Origin: Thiotrichales bacterium
GTDB taxonomy: Bacteria > Pseudomonadota > Gammaproteobacteria > GCF-002020875
Length of the DNA stretch: 55,238 bases
Direction: 5' to 3'
NCBI GenBank assembly: GCA_018658305.1
Contig: JABHVM010000030.1
Coordinates: forward strand, 1 to 55,238
In this document: positions 30,398 to 41,010 of the stretch, piece by piece
How positions within the stretch are numbered: position 1 is the stretch's first letter
How the letters are laid out: each line of letters starts with the position of its first letter
Made by a program: the position numbers and the translations under genes
Notes under the pieces: generated by a model
Database searches by the model: none
Seen by the model: only the letters and a program-made list of their open reading frames with translations
What the model was told of the DNA's origin: nothing

Positions 30398-31384
30398 ATG
30401 CAACTAACAGACCCATTTGGGCGCACCATTGACTATCTGAGACTCTCGATTACAGATCGCTGCGATCTGCGCTGTGTTTACTGTATGCCCGATGGGTTTG
30501 ATGATTATGAAGCTCCAGAGAGCTGGCTAACCTTTGATGAGATTGAAAGGGTGGTACGCATCTTCGGGGAGCTGGGAGTTGCTCACATCCGAATGACTGG
30601 TGGCGAACCGCTAGTGCGCAAAGGGGTGGTAGAGTTAAGCGCACGGCTAGCACAGCTAGATGGAATAGATGATCTATCTCTAAGCACTAACTGCGTCAAG
30701 ATGAAGAAATTTGCGCAACCACTAAAAGATGCTGGAGTCTCCCGCATCAATGTCAGCCTTGACAGCCTTAATCCAGAGAAGTTCAAGGAAATTACTGGGG
30801 GCGGAAAACTCAGTAAAGTCCTGGATGGACTGATGGCGGCAAAAGATGCTGGCTTCACTCCAATCAAACTCAACGCTGTAGCGATGAAGGGAGTCAATGA
30901 TGATGAACTTGGTGATATGGTTGAGTTCTGCCTAGAGCATAACTTTACTTTGCGCTTTATTGAGACTATGCCTATGGGTGAAACTGGTTGTCGCGCTAAA
31001 GATTCACACTATCTAGACCTTAATATTATTCGTCAAGAGCTGGAGAAAAAGTTTGAACTAGTCCCCAGCGTAATGCCTGGCGCTGGTCCAGCTCGTTACT
31101 TTAAAATAAAAGGAACAGATTTCAATTTTGGATTTATAACTCCAATATCGCAACATTTCTGTGAAACTTGCAACCGCATTCGCCTCTCTTGTGATGGAAC
31201 TCTCTATATGTGTCTAGGGCAAGATGAAAGCTTCTCGCTACGCCCACTGCTACGAGGAGGCGCTACCAATGATGAACTTAAGGATGCCATTCACCATGCG
31301 CTCACCCTTAAACCAGAACAACATGAGTTTGAAAGTGAGCAGAAAGAGCAAGTAGTCCGCTTTATGAATATGACTGGCGGATAA
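30398..31384 (+). CDS. moaA: GTP 3',8-cyclase (Moco biosynthesis)
   Basis: YLRLSITDRCDLRCVYCMP, TGGEP, FCETCNRIRL, C-terminal GG. Confidence 0.97.
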   Translation: MQLTDPFGRTIDYLRLSITDRCDLRCVYCMPDGFDDYEAPESWLTFDEIERVVRIFGELGVAHIRMTGGEPLVRKGVVELSARLAQLDGIDDLSLSTNCVKMKKFAQPLKDAGVSRINVSLDSLNPEKFKEITGGGKLSKVLDGLMAAKDAGFTPIKLNAVAMKGVNDDELGDMVEFCLEHNFTLRFIETMPMGETGCRAKDSHYLDLNIIRQELEKKFELVPSVMPGAGPARYFKIKGTDFNFGFITPISQHFCETCNRIRLSCDGTLYMCLGQDESFSLRPLLRGGATNDELKDAIHHALTLKPEQHEFESEQKEQVVRFMNMTGG

Positions 31385-31438
31385 ATCCAAATATATACAT
31401 AATATATACATACCTCGCAACCCCTGTCAGGAATCAGC

Positions 31439-31510
31439 TACCCCCCTTATTTACAGATATTTAAAATAAAAAAAGCACCTATATAAGCGTATGGTTGTTG
31501 ACATACCCCT
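31439..31510 (+). promoter_or_regulatory. Possible NarL-type heptamers upstream of napA
   Basis: TACCCCC (31439), CACCTAT-AT-AAGCGTA 7-2-7-like site (31476-31491), TACCCCT (31504); the motif is short, so support is weak. Confidence 0.35.
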
Positions 31511-31692
31511 ATTTTTTTGAGATAAATACCCAATCAGCAGTAACCATTACTGAATAACACGACATAGTGTTACTCAATATAATATAACCGCTGTTTTTTT
31601 GGAGTGGGATTACATCTTATATAATTTGTAGCCCACCTATTTTTTAACTCATATTTAATTATTTTTAATTATAAAGAGAGGAGCAGTAACTT

Positions 31693-34245
31693 ATGAGTAT
31701 CTCGAGAAGAGAGTTTATTAAAACAAATGCAGCGGCGGCTACCGCAACTGCAATGGGTCTAGGACTTGGCGGCATTCCAGCTGTCACAGTTGCTAAAGAT
31801 GGATATGATTCAGACGGAATCCGTTGGGATAAAGCACCATGTCGTTTCTGTGGTACAGGCTGTAGTATATTGGTCGGTACTCGTGACGGGCGTGTAGTTG
31901 CGACTCAGGGCGACCCAGATGCAGCGGTAAACAAAGGTCTAAACTGTATCAAGGGATATTTTCTATCCAAAATTATGTATGGTAAGGATCGTTTAGACAC
32001 TCCTCTACTGCGTCAAACTGACGGTGAGTTTGATAAGAATGGTGAGTTTACTCCTATCAGCTGGGATGCAGCATTCGACATTATGGCAGAGAAGTGGAAA
32101 GGAGCTATGGCTAATGACCGTGCTCGTGGCGATGGCAAATCTACAGTAGGTATGTTTGGTTCAGGACAGTGGACTGTTATGGAAGGGTACGCTGCATCTA
32201 AACTGATGAAGGCTGGCTTCCGCTCCAATAATATCGACCCTAACGCTCGCCACTGTATGGCATCTGCGGTAGGAGCATTTATGCGCACCTTCGGTTCTGA
32301 CGAGCCAATGGGCTGTTATGATGACTTTGAGCATGGTGAGAACTTTGTGCTTTGGGGTTCCAATATGGCTGAGATGCACCCCATCCTCTGGTCAAGAATT
32401 ACTGATACTCGTCTCACTAAAAAGAACTCTACAGTACAAGTTTTATCTACATTCACTCACCGAAGCTGTGACTTAGCAGATAATGTGATGATTTTTGAAC
32501 CACAGACTGACCTAGTGATTGGTAACTATATTGCCAACTACATTATTCAGAACGGTGCAGTAAATAAATCATTTGTAGAAAATAGTACCAATATCCGCCT
32601 TGCTAACACCGATATCGGTTACGGTCTACGCCCAACTGATCCGCGCGAGAAGAACGCTAAGAACAGCTCTCCTCGTAAAGCACAGGTTGGATCTAAACCA
32701 ATGAGCTTCGATGAGTACAAGGAATTTGTTGCAGACTACACTCTAGAGAAGACCTCTAAAATGTCTGGGGTTCCAGAGAGAAATCTCCTAGAGCTAGCTG
32801 AGATCTACGCCAATCCGAACAAGAAGGTAATGTCTCTATGGACTATGGGTGTAAACCAGCATACTCGTGGAGTCTGGATGAACCACCTAATATATAACAT
32901 CCATCTTCTAACCGGCAAGATCTCTCTCCCTGGTAATGGTCCATTCTCCTTGACTGGACAGCCTTCAGCGTGTGGTACTGCTCGTGAGGTTGGAACTTTT
33001 GCTCATCGTCTCCCTGCAGATTTGGTAGTAATGAAGAAACCACATCGTGACTTTGCTGAGAAGACCTGGAAGATTCCAGAGGGTACTATCCCTGCCAAAC
33101 CTGGCTATCACGCCGTACTGCAGAACCGTATGTTGAAAGATGGCAAGATAAATGCTTACTGGGTAATGTGTAACAACAATGTGCAGGCAGCACCAAACCT
33201 CAATGAAGAGACTATGCCTGGCTATCGCAATCCGAAGAACTTTATTGTAACTTCCGATCCATATCCAACTGTTACTGCAATGGCATCTGACCTAATTCTC
33301 CCTACTGCAATGTGGATTGAGAAAGAGGGAATGTATGGTAATGCGGAGCGCCGTTCACAAGCTTGGCGCCAGCAGGTTCCTTCAGCTAAAGGAACTCGTT
33401 CAGATATCTGGCAGTTAATGGAGTTCTCCAAACGATTTACTACTGAAGAGGCATGGGGTGAAGAGCATGTTGCAAAAATGCCTGAACTGCGTGGCAAAAC
33501 ACTATTTGATGTCCTCTACGCAAATGGTCAAGTCAATAAGTATGGACTTGATGAGCTTCAGCCAGGACATGACAACGAAGAGGCGTTCCATTTTGGCTTC
33601 TATCCACAGAAGGGGCTCTTTGAAGAGTACCGTCTCTTTGGAACTAAAGGACCTAAGAAAGGGCATGAACTTGGTGATTACACCCAGTACCATAAGGTGC
33701 GTGGTATGCGCTGGCCTGTAGTAGATGGCAAAGAGACTCTCTGGCGCTATCGTGATGGCTTTGATCCACATGTACGCAGATCTAACCCAACAGTAGCGAA
33801 GGGAGATGTCTATTTCTATGGTAAGCCAGACGGTAAAGCAAATATCTTCTGCTGCCCTTACGAGCCACCTGCAGAATCACCTAATGATGAGTATCCATTC
33901 TGGATGTCTACTGGACGAGTACTTGAACATTGGCACTCAGGAACAATGACTCAGCGAGTCCCTGAGCTCTACAAGGCGGTTCCTGATGCGTTGATCTATA
34001 TGAATGCAAAAGATGCGAAAGCACAGCGTATGCATGATGGATCTGTGGCTAAGGTATCTTCTAGGCTTGGTGATTTCACTGGTCGTATCTCCACTCGTGG
34101 ACGAAATAAGATGCCAGAAGGGATGATCTTCGTACCATGGTTCGATGCTCGTCGTCTAGTTAACAAGCTAATTCTTGATGCAACCGATCCTCTATCCAAA
34201 GAGACCGATTACAAAAAAGTTGCTGTTAAAATTACTAAAGTCTAA
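31693..34245 (+). CDS. napA: Periplasmic nitrate reductase catalytic subunit
   Basis: Tat signal [48 protein letters not shown]. Confidence 0.98.
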   Translation: MSISRREFIKTNAAAATATAMGLGLGGIPAVTVAKDGYDSDGIRWDKAPCRFCGTGCSILVGTRDGRVVATQGDPDAAVNKGLNCIKGYFLSKIMYGKDRLDTPLLRQTDGEFDKNGEFTPISWDAAFDIMAEKWKGAMANDRARGDGKSTVGMFGSGQWTVMEGYAASKLMKAGFRSNNIDPNARHCMASAVGAFMRTFGSDEPMGCYDDFEHGENFVLWGSNMAEMHPILWSRITDTRLTKKNSTVQVLSTFTHRSCDLADNVMIFEPQTDLVIGNYIANYIIQNGAVNKSFVENSTNIRLANTDIGYGLRPTDPREKNAKNSSPRKAQVGSKPMSFDEYKEFVADYTLEKTSKMSGVPERNLLELAEIYANPNKKVMSLWTMGVNQHTRGVWMNHLIYNIHLLTGKISLPGNGPFSLTGQPSACGTAREVGTFAHRLPADLVVMKKPHRDFAEKTWKIPEGTIPAKPGYHAVLQNRMLKDGKINAYWVMCNNNVQAAPNLNEETMPGYRNPKNFIVTSDPYPTVTAMASDLILPTAMWIEKEGMYGNAERRSQAWRQQVPSAKGTRSDIWQLMEFSKRFTTEEAWGEEHVAKMPELRGKTLFDVLYANGQVNKYGLDELQPGHDNEEAFHFGFYPQKGLFEEYRLFGTKGPKKGHELGDYTQYHKVRGMRWPVVDGKETLWRYRDGFDPHVRRSNPTVAKGDVYFYGKPDGKANIFCCPYEPPAESPNDEYPFWMSTGRVLEHWHSGTMTQRVPELYKAVPDALIYMNAKDAKAQRMHDGSVAKVSSRLGDFTGRISTRGRNKMPEGMIFVPWFDARRLVNKLILDATDPLSKETDYKKVAVKITKV

Positions 34246-34258
34246 GGAGGATTATCCA

Positions 34259-34705
34259 ATGAAAAAGAGTAATAAAATGATGTTTCTGTTGGGCGTGTCT
34301 ATGGTTGCAATGGCTGGTAGCAGCTCTATAGCTACTGCTTTTTATGAGGTAACGTCTCTACGAGGAGATCTAAGTATCAACAGTGATGCGCAGATTCCTG
34401 CCAAGAAGAGAATATATAAAAATGTAGATCTATTTGCGAGAGATTTTAAGGAGCAACCTCCTTTCATGACTCACAAAGAGTATGCTATAAACATTAGGGA
34501 TAATCGCTGTTTTGAGTGTCACAGTGAAGATAACTATCAGGAAGAGGAGACAACTCGTATTCCTGATACCCACTATATGGATCGCAACGACAACAAGCTA
34601 GATCATGTAGCTGGTTCTCGTTACTTCTGTAACCAGTGTCATATGCCGCTATTTAAGGTTGAACCATTAGTTGATAATGACTTCAGATCTTCATCTAGAA
34701 GGTAG
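34259..34705 (+). CDS. napB: Periplasmic nitrate reductase diheme cytochrome c subunit
   Basis: EQPPFMTH, CFECH, RYFCNQCH; AAGGAGG RBS before ATG at 34259. Confidence 0.93.
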   Translation: MKKSNKMMFLLGVSMVAMAGSSSIATAFYEVTSLRGDLSINSDAQIPAKKRIYKNVDLFARDFKEQPPFMTHKEYAINIRDNRCFECHSEDNYQEEETTRIPDTHYMDRNDNKLDHVAGSRYFCNQCHMPLFKVEPLVDNDFRSSSRR

Positions 34706-34735
34706 TCTGGATATGTAATCCATTTGTGACAATAG

Positions 34736-34770
34736 AAGCCGTCTGGATATAATGTCTAGGCGGCTTTTTT
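34736..34770 (+). terminator. Intrinsic terminator after napB
   Basis: AAGCCGTCTGGA...TCTAGGCGGC followed by a T-run. Confidence 0.8.
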
Positions 34771-34881
34771 ATGTGTTATATTACCAACAAGATAGTTACA
34801 TATTAAAGTTAAAAACAGAGCTTAAAATAGAGTTAGAAACAGAGTTATAAACGAAAGTTATATATTAAAAGAGAGATAAAA

Positions 34882-35160
34882 ATGACAGAAGAGTTAATCC
34901 AAATTTCAGGTATTGCAATTCGTTTCACCCCTGAATTTATGCAACCAATTAAAGAGAAGCTTCTTACCATAACAGGGTTAGAGATTCACGCTGAAGATCC
35001 TGCTGGAAAGTTTGCAGTCACTATTGAGAATAGAAACTCGCATGCTATGACCGATATAATCAGTGATATTGAGGCGTTAGATGGGGTAGTACTGGTAAAC
35101 CCAGTCTATATCCACGATGAAGAGGAGATGAGTGGCGATAATGCCAATATTAAATTGTAG
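34882..35160 (+). CDS. napD: NapA chaperone
   Basis: QISGIAI, GLEIHA, GKFAVTIE, GVVLVNPVY; 92 aa. Confidence 0.85.
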   Translation: MTEELIQISGIAIRFTPEFMQPIKEKLLTITGLEIHAEDPAGKFAVTIENRNSHAMTDIISDIEALDGVVLVNPVYIHDEEEMSGDNANIKL

Positions 35161-35197
35161 ATATAGATCCTCCAACTACAGATTCTAAATAAAAAAT

Positions 35198-36046
35198 ATG
35201 AAAAAAATAGATCGACGAGAATTTATCACCAATAGCGGTAAGATGGTTGGCGGTATGGCGATTGCTGGAGCTGGTATCGCTCTATTTGGTTCTCAAGCAA
35301 GCTCTAACCCAGCATACGCTCTGCGTCCACCAGGAGCGCTTCCAGAGGAGCAGTTTTTAGGTGCTTGCATAAGATGTGGTCTCTGCGTTAAAGATTGCCC
35401 TTATGATATTCTAAAACTTGGAGAGATCCAAGATGAAGTGGCTCTAGGAACCCCCTACTTTATAGCTAGAGAGATACCTTGCGAGATGTGTGAAGAGATC
35501 TACTGCATTCAAAACTGCCCTACAGGAGCTCTAGATCATAACTTAGCCGACATCAACACATCAAGAATGGGGGTAGCTGTACTGGTTGATCAAGAGACCT
35601 GCCTCAATCTATTGGGGCTGCGTTGTGATATCTGCTACCGTGTATGCCCAGTTATAGACGAGGCTATTACCTTAGAAAGATTTCACAACACTCGCACCCA
35701 AAGCCATACCCTATTTATCCCTACTGTTCACTCTGACAGCTGCACTGGCTGCGGCAAGTGTGAACATGCCTGCCCACTCCCTATCGCCGCAATTAAAGTT
35801 CTTCCAGAGAGTTTAGCTAAAGGTGAATCTAGCTCACACTATCGCCTCGGCTGGAAAGAGAAAGAGAAAAAAGGTAGTGCGTTAGTTGCGCCAGATGTAG
35901 AGCATCAATATAATCTTCCAGATGGATACAAGTATGATCTGCAAGGAGAGGGATTATCTATCCCCGAGACAGATAGTGGGCCAAACTTAATGGATTTTGA
36001 CATTCCTGGATTTGCCAATATCTCTATCTCAAAACCAAAAGAGTAA
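35198..36046 (+). CDS. napG: Ferredoxin-type protein
   Basis: Tat DRREF, ALRPPGAL, CIRCGLC, PCEMC, CDICYRVCP, CTGCGKC, HYRLGW. Confidence 0.95.
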   Translation: MKKIDRREFITNSGKMVGGMAIAGAGIALFGSQASSNPAYALRPPGALPEEQFLGACIRCGLCVKDCPYDILKLGEIQDEVALGTPYFIAREIPCEMCEEIYCIQNCPTGALDHNLADINTSRMGVAVLVDQETCLNLLGLRCDICYRVCPVIDEAITLERFHNTRTQSHTLFIPTVHSDSCTGCGKCEHACPLPIAAIKVLPESLAKGESSSHYRLGWKEKEKKGSALVAPDVEHQYNLPDGYKYDLQGEGLSIPETDSGPNLMDFDIPGFANISISKPKE

Positions 36047-36144
36047 GCAACGCTTAACTTGCAACAGAGTACTTGCAATACAATAGGCAACTCTTAGCGT
36101 GCTATAATTATCTATTCTAATAGATATGATAGAGAGAGAATTTT

Positions 36145-37311
36145 ATGAATCTGCATGAGTACCAAGCAAAAGAGCTATTCCGTAAAGTTGGGATCCCCAC
36201 CCCTAATGGGGAGGTGGTTATAGATAGTGATAGCGTAGAGGTGGTTGCTAAAGATATTGGGGGTAATGCTTGGGTTGCTAAAGCACAAGTCCATGCTGGT
36301 GGACGAGGTAAAGGTGGTGGAGTTAAGATCTCTACAAGTATAGATGATCTGGTTGCTGCTACCAATCAGATGCTTGGCAACACCCTAATCACTCCTCAGA
36401 CTCACGGACGCGGACTACCAATCAATAGCGTACTGATCGAAGAGACTCTTGATATAGAGCGAGAGTTATACCTTGGCGCACTAGTTGATCGTGATCAAGA
36501 GAAGATTGTCTATATGGCATCTAGTGCTGGGGGAATGGATATTGAGCAGGTTGCGGCAGAGACTCCTGAAAAAATTGTAACTGTACATGCTGATCCTGCA
36601 GCTGGATTACAAGCCTACCAGTGCCGTCAACTAGCATTCGGTTTGGGGTTAGAGGGAAAACAGATTAGTGCATTAACAAAAATTGTTACTGGACTACATC
36701 GTCTATTTACCCATAACGACCTAAGTTTAGTTGAGATTAATCCTCTAATTATTACCGCAGATGGTGAGTTAGTAGCTCTGGATGCGAAGATAAATATAGA
36801 TGATAATGCTCTCTACCGTCACCCTAAACTCAAGGATCTCCACGATCCATCTCAGGAAGATGCAGCAGAACTTGAAGCGAGCAAGCACGAACTAAACTAC
36901 ATAACCCTTGATGGAAATATTGGTTGCATGGTGAATGGTGCTGGACTTGCAATGGCGACTATGGATCTAATTAAATTACAGGGAGGCGAGCCTGCAAACT
37001 TTCTTGATGTTGGTGGTGGTACTACTGCAGAAAGAGTTGCAGTGGCATTTAAGCTAATATTAAGTGACTCTAAGGTTAAAGCTATCTTGGTAAATATCTT
37101 TGGCGGTATCGTGCGTTGCGACCTTATTGCTGAGGGAATTATAAGTGCTATCCAAGAGGTTGGGGTAGATATTCCAGTGGTAGTTAGACTTGAGGGCACT
37201 AACGCTCCGCAAGGGATGGCGCTTCTTAAAAGTAGCGGGCTAAATATTGATGTTGAAGATACATTAACTGGCGCTGCTAAAAAGGCAGTAGAGAAAGGAG
37301 CTCAAGCATGA
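36145..37311 (+). CDS. sucC: Succinyl-CoA synthetase beta subunit
   Basis: [41 protein letters not shown]. Confidence 0.98.
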   Translation: MNLHEYQAKELFRKVGIPTPNGEVVIDSDSVEVVAKDIGGNAWVAKAQVHAGGRGKGGGVKISTSIDDLVAATNQMLGNTLITPQTHGRGLPINSVLIEETLDIERELYLGALVDRDQEKIVYMASSAGGMDIEQVAAETPEKIVTVHADPAAGLQAYQCRQLAFGLGLEGKQISALTKIVTGLHRLFTHNDLSLVEINPLIITADGELVALDAKINIDDNALYRHPKLKDLHDPSQEDAAELEASKHELNYITLDGNIGCMVNGAGLAMATMDLIKLQGGEPANFLDVGGGTTAERVAVAFKLILSDSKVKAILVNIFGGIVRCDLIAEGIISAIQEVGVDIPVVVRLEGTNAPQGMALLKSSGLNIDVEDTLTGAAKKAVEKGAQA

Positions 37312-38198
37312 GTATATTAATTAACAAAGAAACTCGGGTAATTGTGCAGGGCTTTACTGGAAAACAGGGTACTTTTCATGCAGAGCAGTCTATCGCCTAT
37401 GGAACTAACATTGTAGGTGGAGTAACTCCTGGCAAGGGTGGACAGAGCCACCTTGAACTCCCTGTATTCAACACTGTAGCTGATGCAGTTGCAGATACTG
37501 GCGCTGACGCAACTATGATCTATGTCCCTGCCCCATTTGCTGCAGATGCTATTTTTGAAGCGGCGTCAGCTGGGATCAAAACCATAGTATGTATTACTGA
37601 AGGGATACCTGTACAGGAGATGATTAAAGTTAAAGCATTCTTAAAAGATTTTCCTGAGACTAGACTTATTGGGCCAAACTGTCCAGGCATCATCACCCCT
37701 GGGGCTTGCAAAATTGGAATTATGCCAGGCAATATTCATCAAGAGGGGAAGATTGGTATCGTCTCTCGTTCAGGAACCCTCACCTATGAGGCTGTATTCC
37801 AAACAACCAATGCAGGACTAGGTCAATCCACCTGTATCGGTATCGGAGGAGACCCTATCCACGGGATGAACTTCATCGACTGTCTAGAGCTGTTTCAACA
37901 AGATGAGCAGACTAAGGGCATTGTATTGGTCGGGGAAATTGGCGGAAGCAAAGAGGAAGAGGCTGCAGAGTATATTCGCAACCATGTAACCAAACCAGTA
38001 GTAGCATATATTGCAGGAGTAACAGCTCCAGCAGGACGCAGAATGGGGCATGCTGGAGCAATCATCTCTGGTGGTAAAGGCACTGCTGAAGATAAAATTA
38101 CAGCACTAGAAGCCGCTGGAGTGACCGTATCTCGCTCCCCTGCTGAGATAGGTGAAAATATGGCAGAGCTTCTTAGTAACTATTCAGCTCCCCCCTAA
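37308..38198 (+). CDS. sucD: Succinyl-CoA synthetase alpha subunit
   Basis: [33 protein letters not shown]; the last residues come from a repeat element. Confidence 0.98.
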   Translation: MSILINKETRVIVQGFTGKQGTFHAEQSIAYGTNIVGGVTPGKGGQSHLELPVFNTVADAVADTGADATMIYVPAPFAADAIFEAASAGIKTIVCITEGIPVQEMIKVKAFLKDFPETRLIGPNCPGIITPGACKIGIMPGNIHQEGKIGIVSRSGTLTYEAVFQTTNAGLGQSTCIGIGGDPIHGMNFIDCLELFQQDEQTKGIVLVGEIGGSKEEEAAEYIRNHVTKPVVAYIAGVTAPAGRRMGHAGAIISGGKGTAEDKITALEAAGVTVSRSPAEIGENMAELLSNYSAPP

Positions 38199-38317
38199 AA
38201 TTCACCATCTCTGCGTAGCACGACCTCGTTCCTCGGTTGCAAAATCATCATATACACCTGTATACTCAAATTTTGCGCCTTGATCTGATGAATTTTAGAG
38301 GCAATCTGAACAGTTAC
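38176..38317. mobile_element. MITE-like palindromic repeat, copy 2 (with internal REP-like insertion)
   Basis: Near-identical to 7481-7598 apart from an extra ~21 bp at about 38217-38237. Confidence 0.75.
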
Positions 38318-38345
38318 AAATGCAACCGAGGAACGAGGTTGCTAT
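38215..38345. repeat. Inverted pair of REP-like hairpins
   Basis: GTAGCACGACCTCGTTCCTCGGTTGCA (38215-38241) and inverted TGCAACCGAGGAACGAGGTTGCTAT (38321-38345). Confidence 0.7.
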
Positions 38346-38354
38346 GAATTACCC

Positions 38355-38867
38355 TTAATGCAAATGCACGGTTTCAAACTCAAAGGGTAGTTCATAAATT
38401 ATATCATCCAGCTCCACTCGCAGAATAGCAACCCACTGTATCATGTTACGAATACAGACCGATAGACTACCCTTACCTGTAAAGATGGTACTGTTCTGCT
38501 TTACGCTGGATGACTCCTCTTGCTGAAGCTCAAACTGGAGAAAACCCATATACATATCCTTCCCCTCGAACTGAATTTGAACTCTATCTGGCTCTGCATC
38601 GGTAAATTCTGCTCTTAATAAAATCGGTTCTATTGATGATGGATTTTTTGGAGTCATCTCAAAAACAACCTCTACATCTTTATGGAGAGAGATAGTTCCA
38701 CTGCATGGCCTCAAGTGGAGCTTACAATCTTTTACCACCTCTAGACGCACCACTCTCTTATTTTTTTCGCTAAAATATTTATCACCATAATAGAGTCCAG
38801 CGCCAACAATAGCTAAGACTACTAAAGTTACACTAATAATTATTGCTCTTCTCACAGCTACTACCAA
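38355..38867 (-). CDS. Hypothetical membrane-anchored protein coupled to SCO
   Basis: N-terminal TM, CKLHLRPC, GKDMYMG, LSVC; overlaps the SCO stop. Confidence 0.7.
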   Translation of the reverse strand: MVVAVRRAIIISVTLVVLAIVGAGLYYGDKYFSEKNKRVVRLEVVKDCKLHLRPCSGTISLHKDVEVVFEMTPKNPSSIEPILLRAEFTDAEPDRVQIQFEGKDMYMGFLQFELQQEESSSVKQNSTIFTGKGSLSVCIRNMIQWVAILRVELDDIIYELPFEFETVHLH

Positions 38868-39532
38868 GCGTTCTGAATTGACAGAAGATCTCTAATCATC
38901 ACATCTGGATTATGAGGTGTGGTAAGAATTGCGTGCAGATCCCCATCTGGGTTGGTCAAAAATATTGCCGCAGAGTGGTTGATCAAGTAAGAGTTCTCTA
39001 GCCCTTCTGGAATATCTTCATCCTCATCAACCACCAACTCTCTACCATTCAAGTAGTAGACTCGCTCATACATTGCACCCATAGAGTGTGACAGAGAATC
39101 AACTACGTTCTGCTCTCCTGTGACACCTAAAAAAGATGGGTGATAGTAACCTGTATACTCTTGTAGAGACTTGGGAGTATCTCTCTGTGGATCAACAGAT
39201 ACGAACACCACCTGAGGTTTATCTATTTTAAGTGCTGAATCTTGCTCTAAAGAGCGCATCATCTCAGAGAGCATAAAGAGCTCGGTTGGGCAGACATCAG
39301 GGCAGTGAGTGTAACCAAAGAAGAATAGCGACCACTTACCTTTAAGATCAGCAACTGAAAAATCGTTCAGTTCACTACTCTGTAACTCAAAATGTTTTAA
39401 GTTAAAAGGAGGCAGTTCTTTAGCTTGTGGCAATACTGTTGCGGCTTCTAACTGCAATCTTTCTGGTGAACGATCACAACCAGCGAGTAGCAGTGGGATC
39501 ATCAATACTAATATATTTATAATTTTTTTCAT
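38861..39532 (-). CDS. SCO1/SenC-family copper chaperone, lipoprotein
   Basis: LLAGC lipobox, FGYTHCPDVCP, VDPQRDT, YLINHSA. Confidence 0.93.
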   Translation of the reverse strand: MKKIINILVLMIPLLLAGCDRSPERLQLEAATVLPQAKELPPFNLKHFELQSSELNDFSVADLKGKWSLFFFGYTHCPDVCPTELFMLSEMMRSLEQDSALKIDKPQVVFVSVDPQRDTPKSLQEYTGYYHPSFLGVTGEQNVVDSLSHSMGAMYERVYYLNGRELVVDEDEDIPEGLENSYLINHSAAIFLTNPDGDLHAILTTPHNPDVMIRDLLSIQNAW

Positions 39533-39638
39533 TGTGCAATTATACAGGGTTCTAATTTAATCTCATAGTATAGTGTTAGCGCAAAGTAGCACAAAAAATA
39601 GAGCAATAAAATAGAATCAATGGCATAATTTACCGTTA

Positions 39639-40988
39639 ATGAGACTACTATCTATATTCACCAATAGCTTTGCTCATGGTGTTCACCCTGCCCATCATAA
39701 AGGTCAGACTGAAAACCTTGCAATTCAGCGAGTCCCATTTGGGAGTCGTTTTGTAATGCCGCTTGGACAACATATAGGAATTCCAGCGTTAGCTGTGGTT
39801 AAAAAGGGAGACAAAGTACGAAGAGGTCAGCTAATTGCAAAAGCTGGTGGATTTGTCTCTACTGCGCTCCACAGTCCAGTAACTGGCACCATTAGTGAGA
39901 TCTCTCCTCAACGCACTATTGATGGCTCTTTTAAGGAGTCGATTGTTATTAAAGCAGATCCCTTCTCTAGCCAACGCATTGATAGCACTCCACCTGCCGC
40001 TTGGGAAAAGTTATCTCTGGAAGAGTTTATCCAGACTGTACAGCAGGCAGGAATTGTTGGAATGGGAGGAGCCGCATTTCCGAGCCATGTTAAATACTCT
40101 ATTCCAGAGGGAGCCCAGATAGATGACCTTCTCATAAATGGAGCAGAGTGTGAGCCATACCTAACTAATGACCACCGTTTAATGGTAGAGAGAGCTGAGG
40201 CAGTAATTGATGGTAGTGAAATTTTGCGTCAGAAGTTGGGAGCAAAGCAAGCCACTATAGGCGTAGAGAAAAATAAACCAGAAGCGATAAAAACTCTGCA
40301 AGATGCTCTGCGCCAACGCCCATCAGCTCCTATTAAGATAGCAGCACTAGAAGTTAAGTACCCACAAGGTGCTGAGAAGATGTTGATTCAATCTGTCTAT
40401 AAGAGAGAGATTCCAGCTGGGGCACTACCCAGAGATATTGGAGTTGCAGTAAATAATGTCGGTACGATTGTCGCTATTGCCGATTTGTTCAGTCAAGGTA
40501 TGCCTCTTATTGAACGCATCGTAACCGTCTCTGGACCAGGCATAGATCGTCCTGCCAACCTTACAGTTCCGCTTGGCACTTCAGTACGGGATGTACTAGA
40601 GTTTTGTGGTGGACTGAACGATAAGAGTCGTGAGATCATTATGGGTGGACCAATGATGGGGTTTCCTATTGCAAGCCTTGATGTACCGATACTTAAAGGT
40701 AGTTCAGGAATTTTAGCCTTCACTGCCAAAGAGACTGCTCGTCCCCATGAATATCCATGCATCCGTTGTGGTCGATGTTTGGAGGCGTGCCCCTATTTTT
40801 TAAACCCCTCTCGTCTAGCCCTCCTAAGTCGAAATAGAAGATATGAAGAGACTGCAGAGTACCATATAATGGACTGCGTAGAGTGTGGAGCCTGTAGCTA
40901 TGCCTGCCCCTCCAACATCCCAATTTCACAACTTATCCGTACAGCAAAAAACAATTTGAAGCAGCATCCATTGGAAGAGGCTGCATGA
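39639..40988 (+). CDS. rnfC: Rnf electron transport complex subunit C
   Basis: QHIG, HSPVTG, GMGGAAFP, NGAECEPYLT, YPQGAEK, CIRCGRC, CVECGAC. Confidence 0.96.
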   Translation: MRLLSIFTNSFAHGVHPAHHKGQTENLAIQRVPFGSRFVMPLGQHIGIPALAVVKKGDKVRRGQLIAKAGGFVSTALHSPVTGTISEISPQRTIDGSFKESIVIKADPFSSQRIDSTPPAAWEKLSLEEFIQTVQQAGIVGMGGAAFPSHVKYSIPEGAQIDDLLINGAECEPYLTNDHRLMVERAEAVIDGSEILRQKLGAKQATIGVEKNKPEAIKTLQDALRQRPSAPIKIAALEVKYPQGAEKMLIQSVYKREIPAGALPRDIGVAVNNVGTIVAIADLFSQGMPLIERIVTVSGPGIDRPANLTVPLGTSVRDVLEFCGGLNDKSREIIMGGPMMGFPIASLDVPILKGSSGILAFTAKETARPHEYPCIRCGRCLEACPYFLNPSRLALLSRNRRYEETAEYHIMDCVECGACSYACPSNIPISQLIRTAKNNLKQHPLEEAA

Positions 40989-41010
40989 AATTTAGACTCC
41001 ACAATACTTT

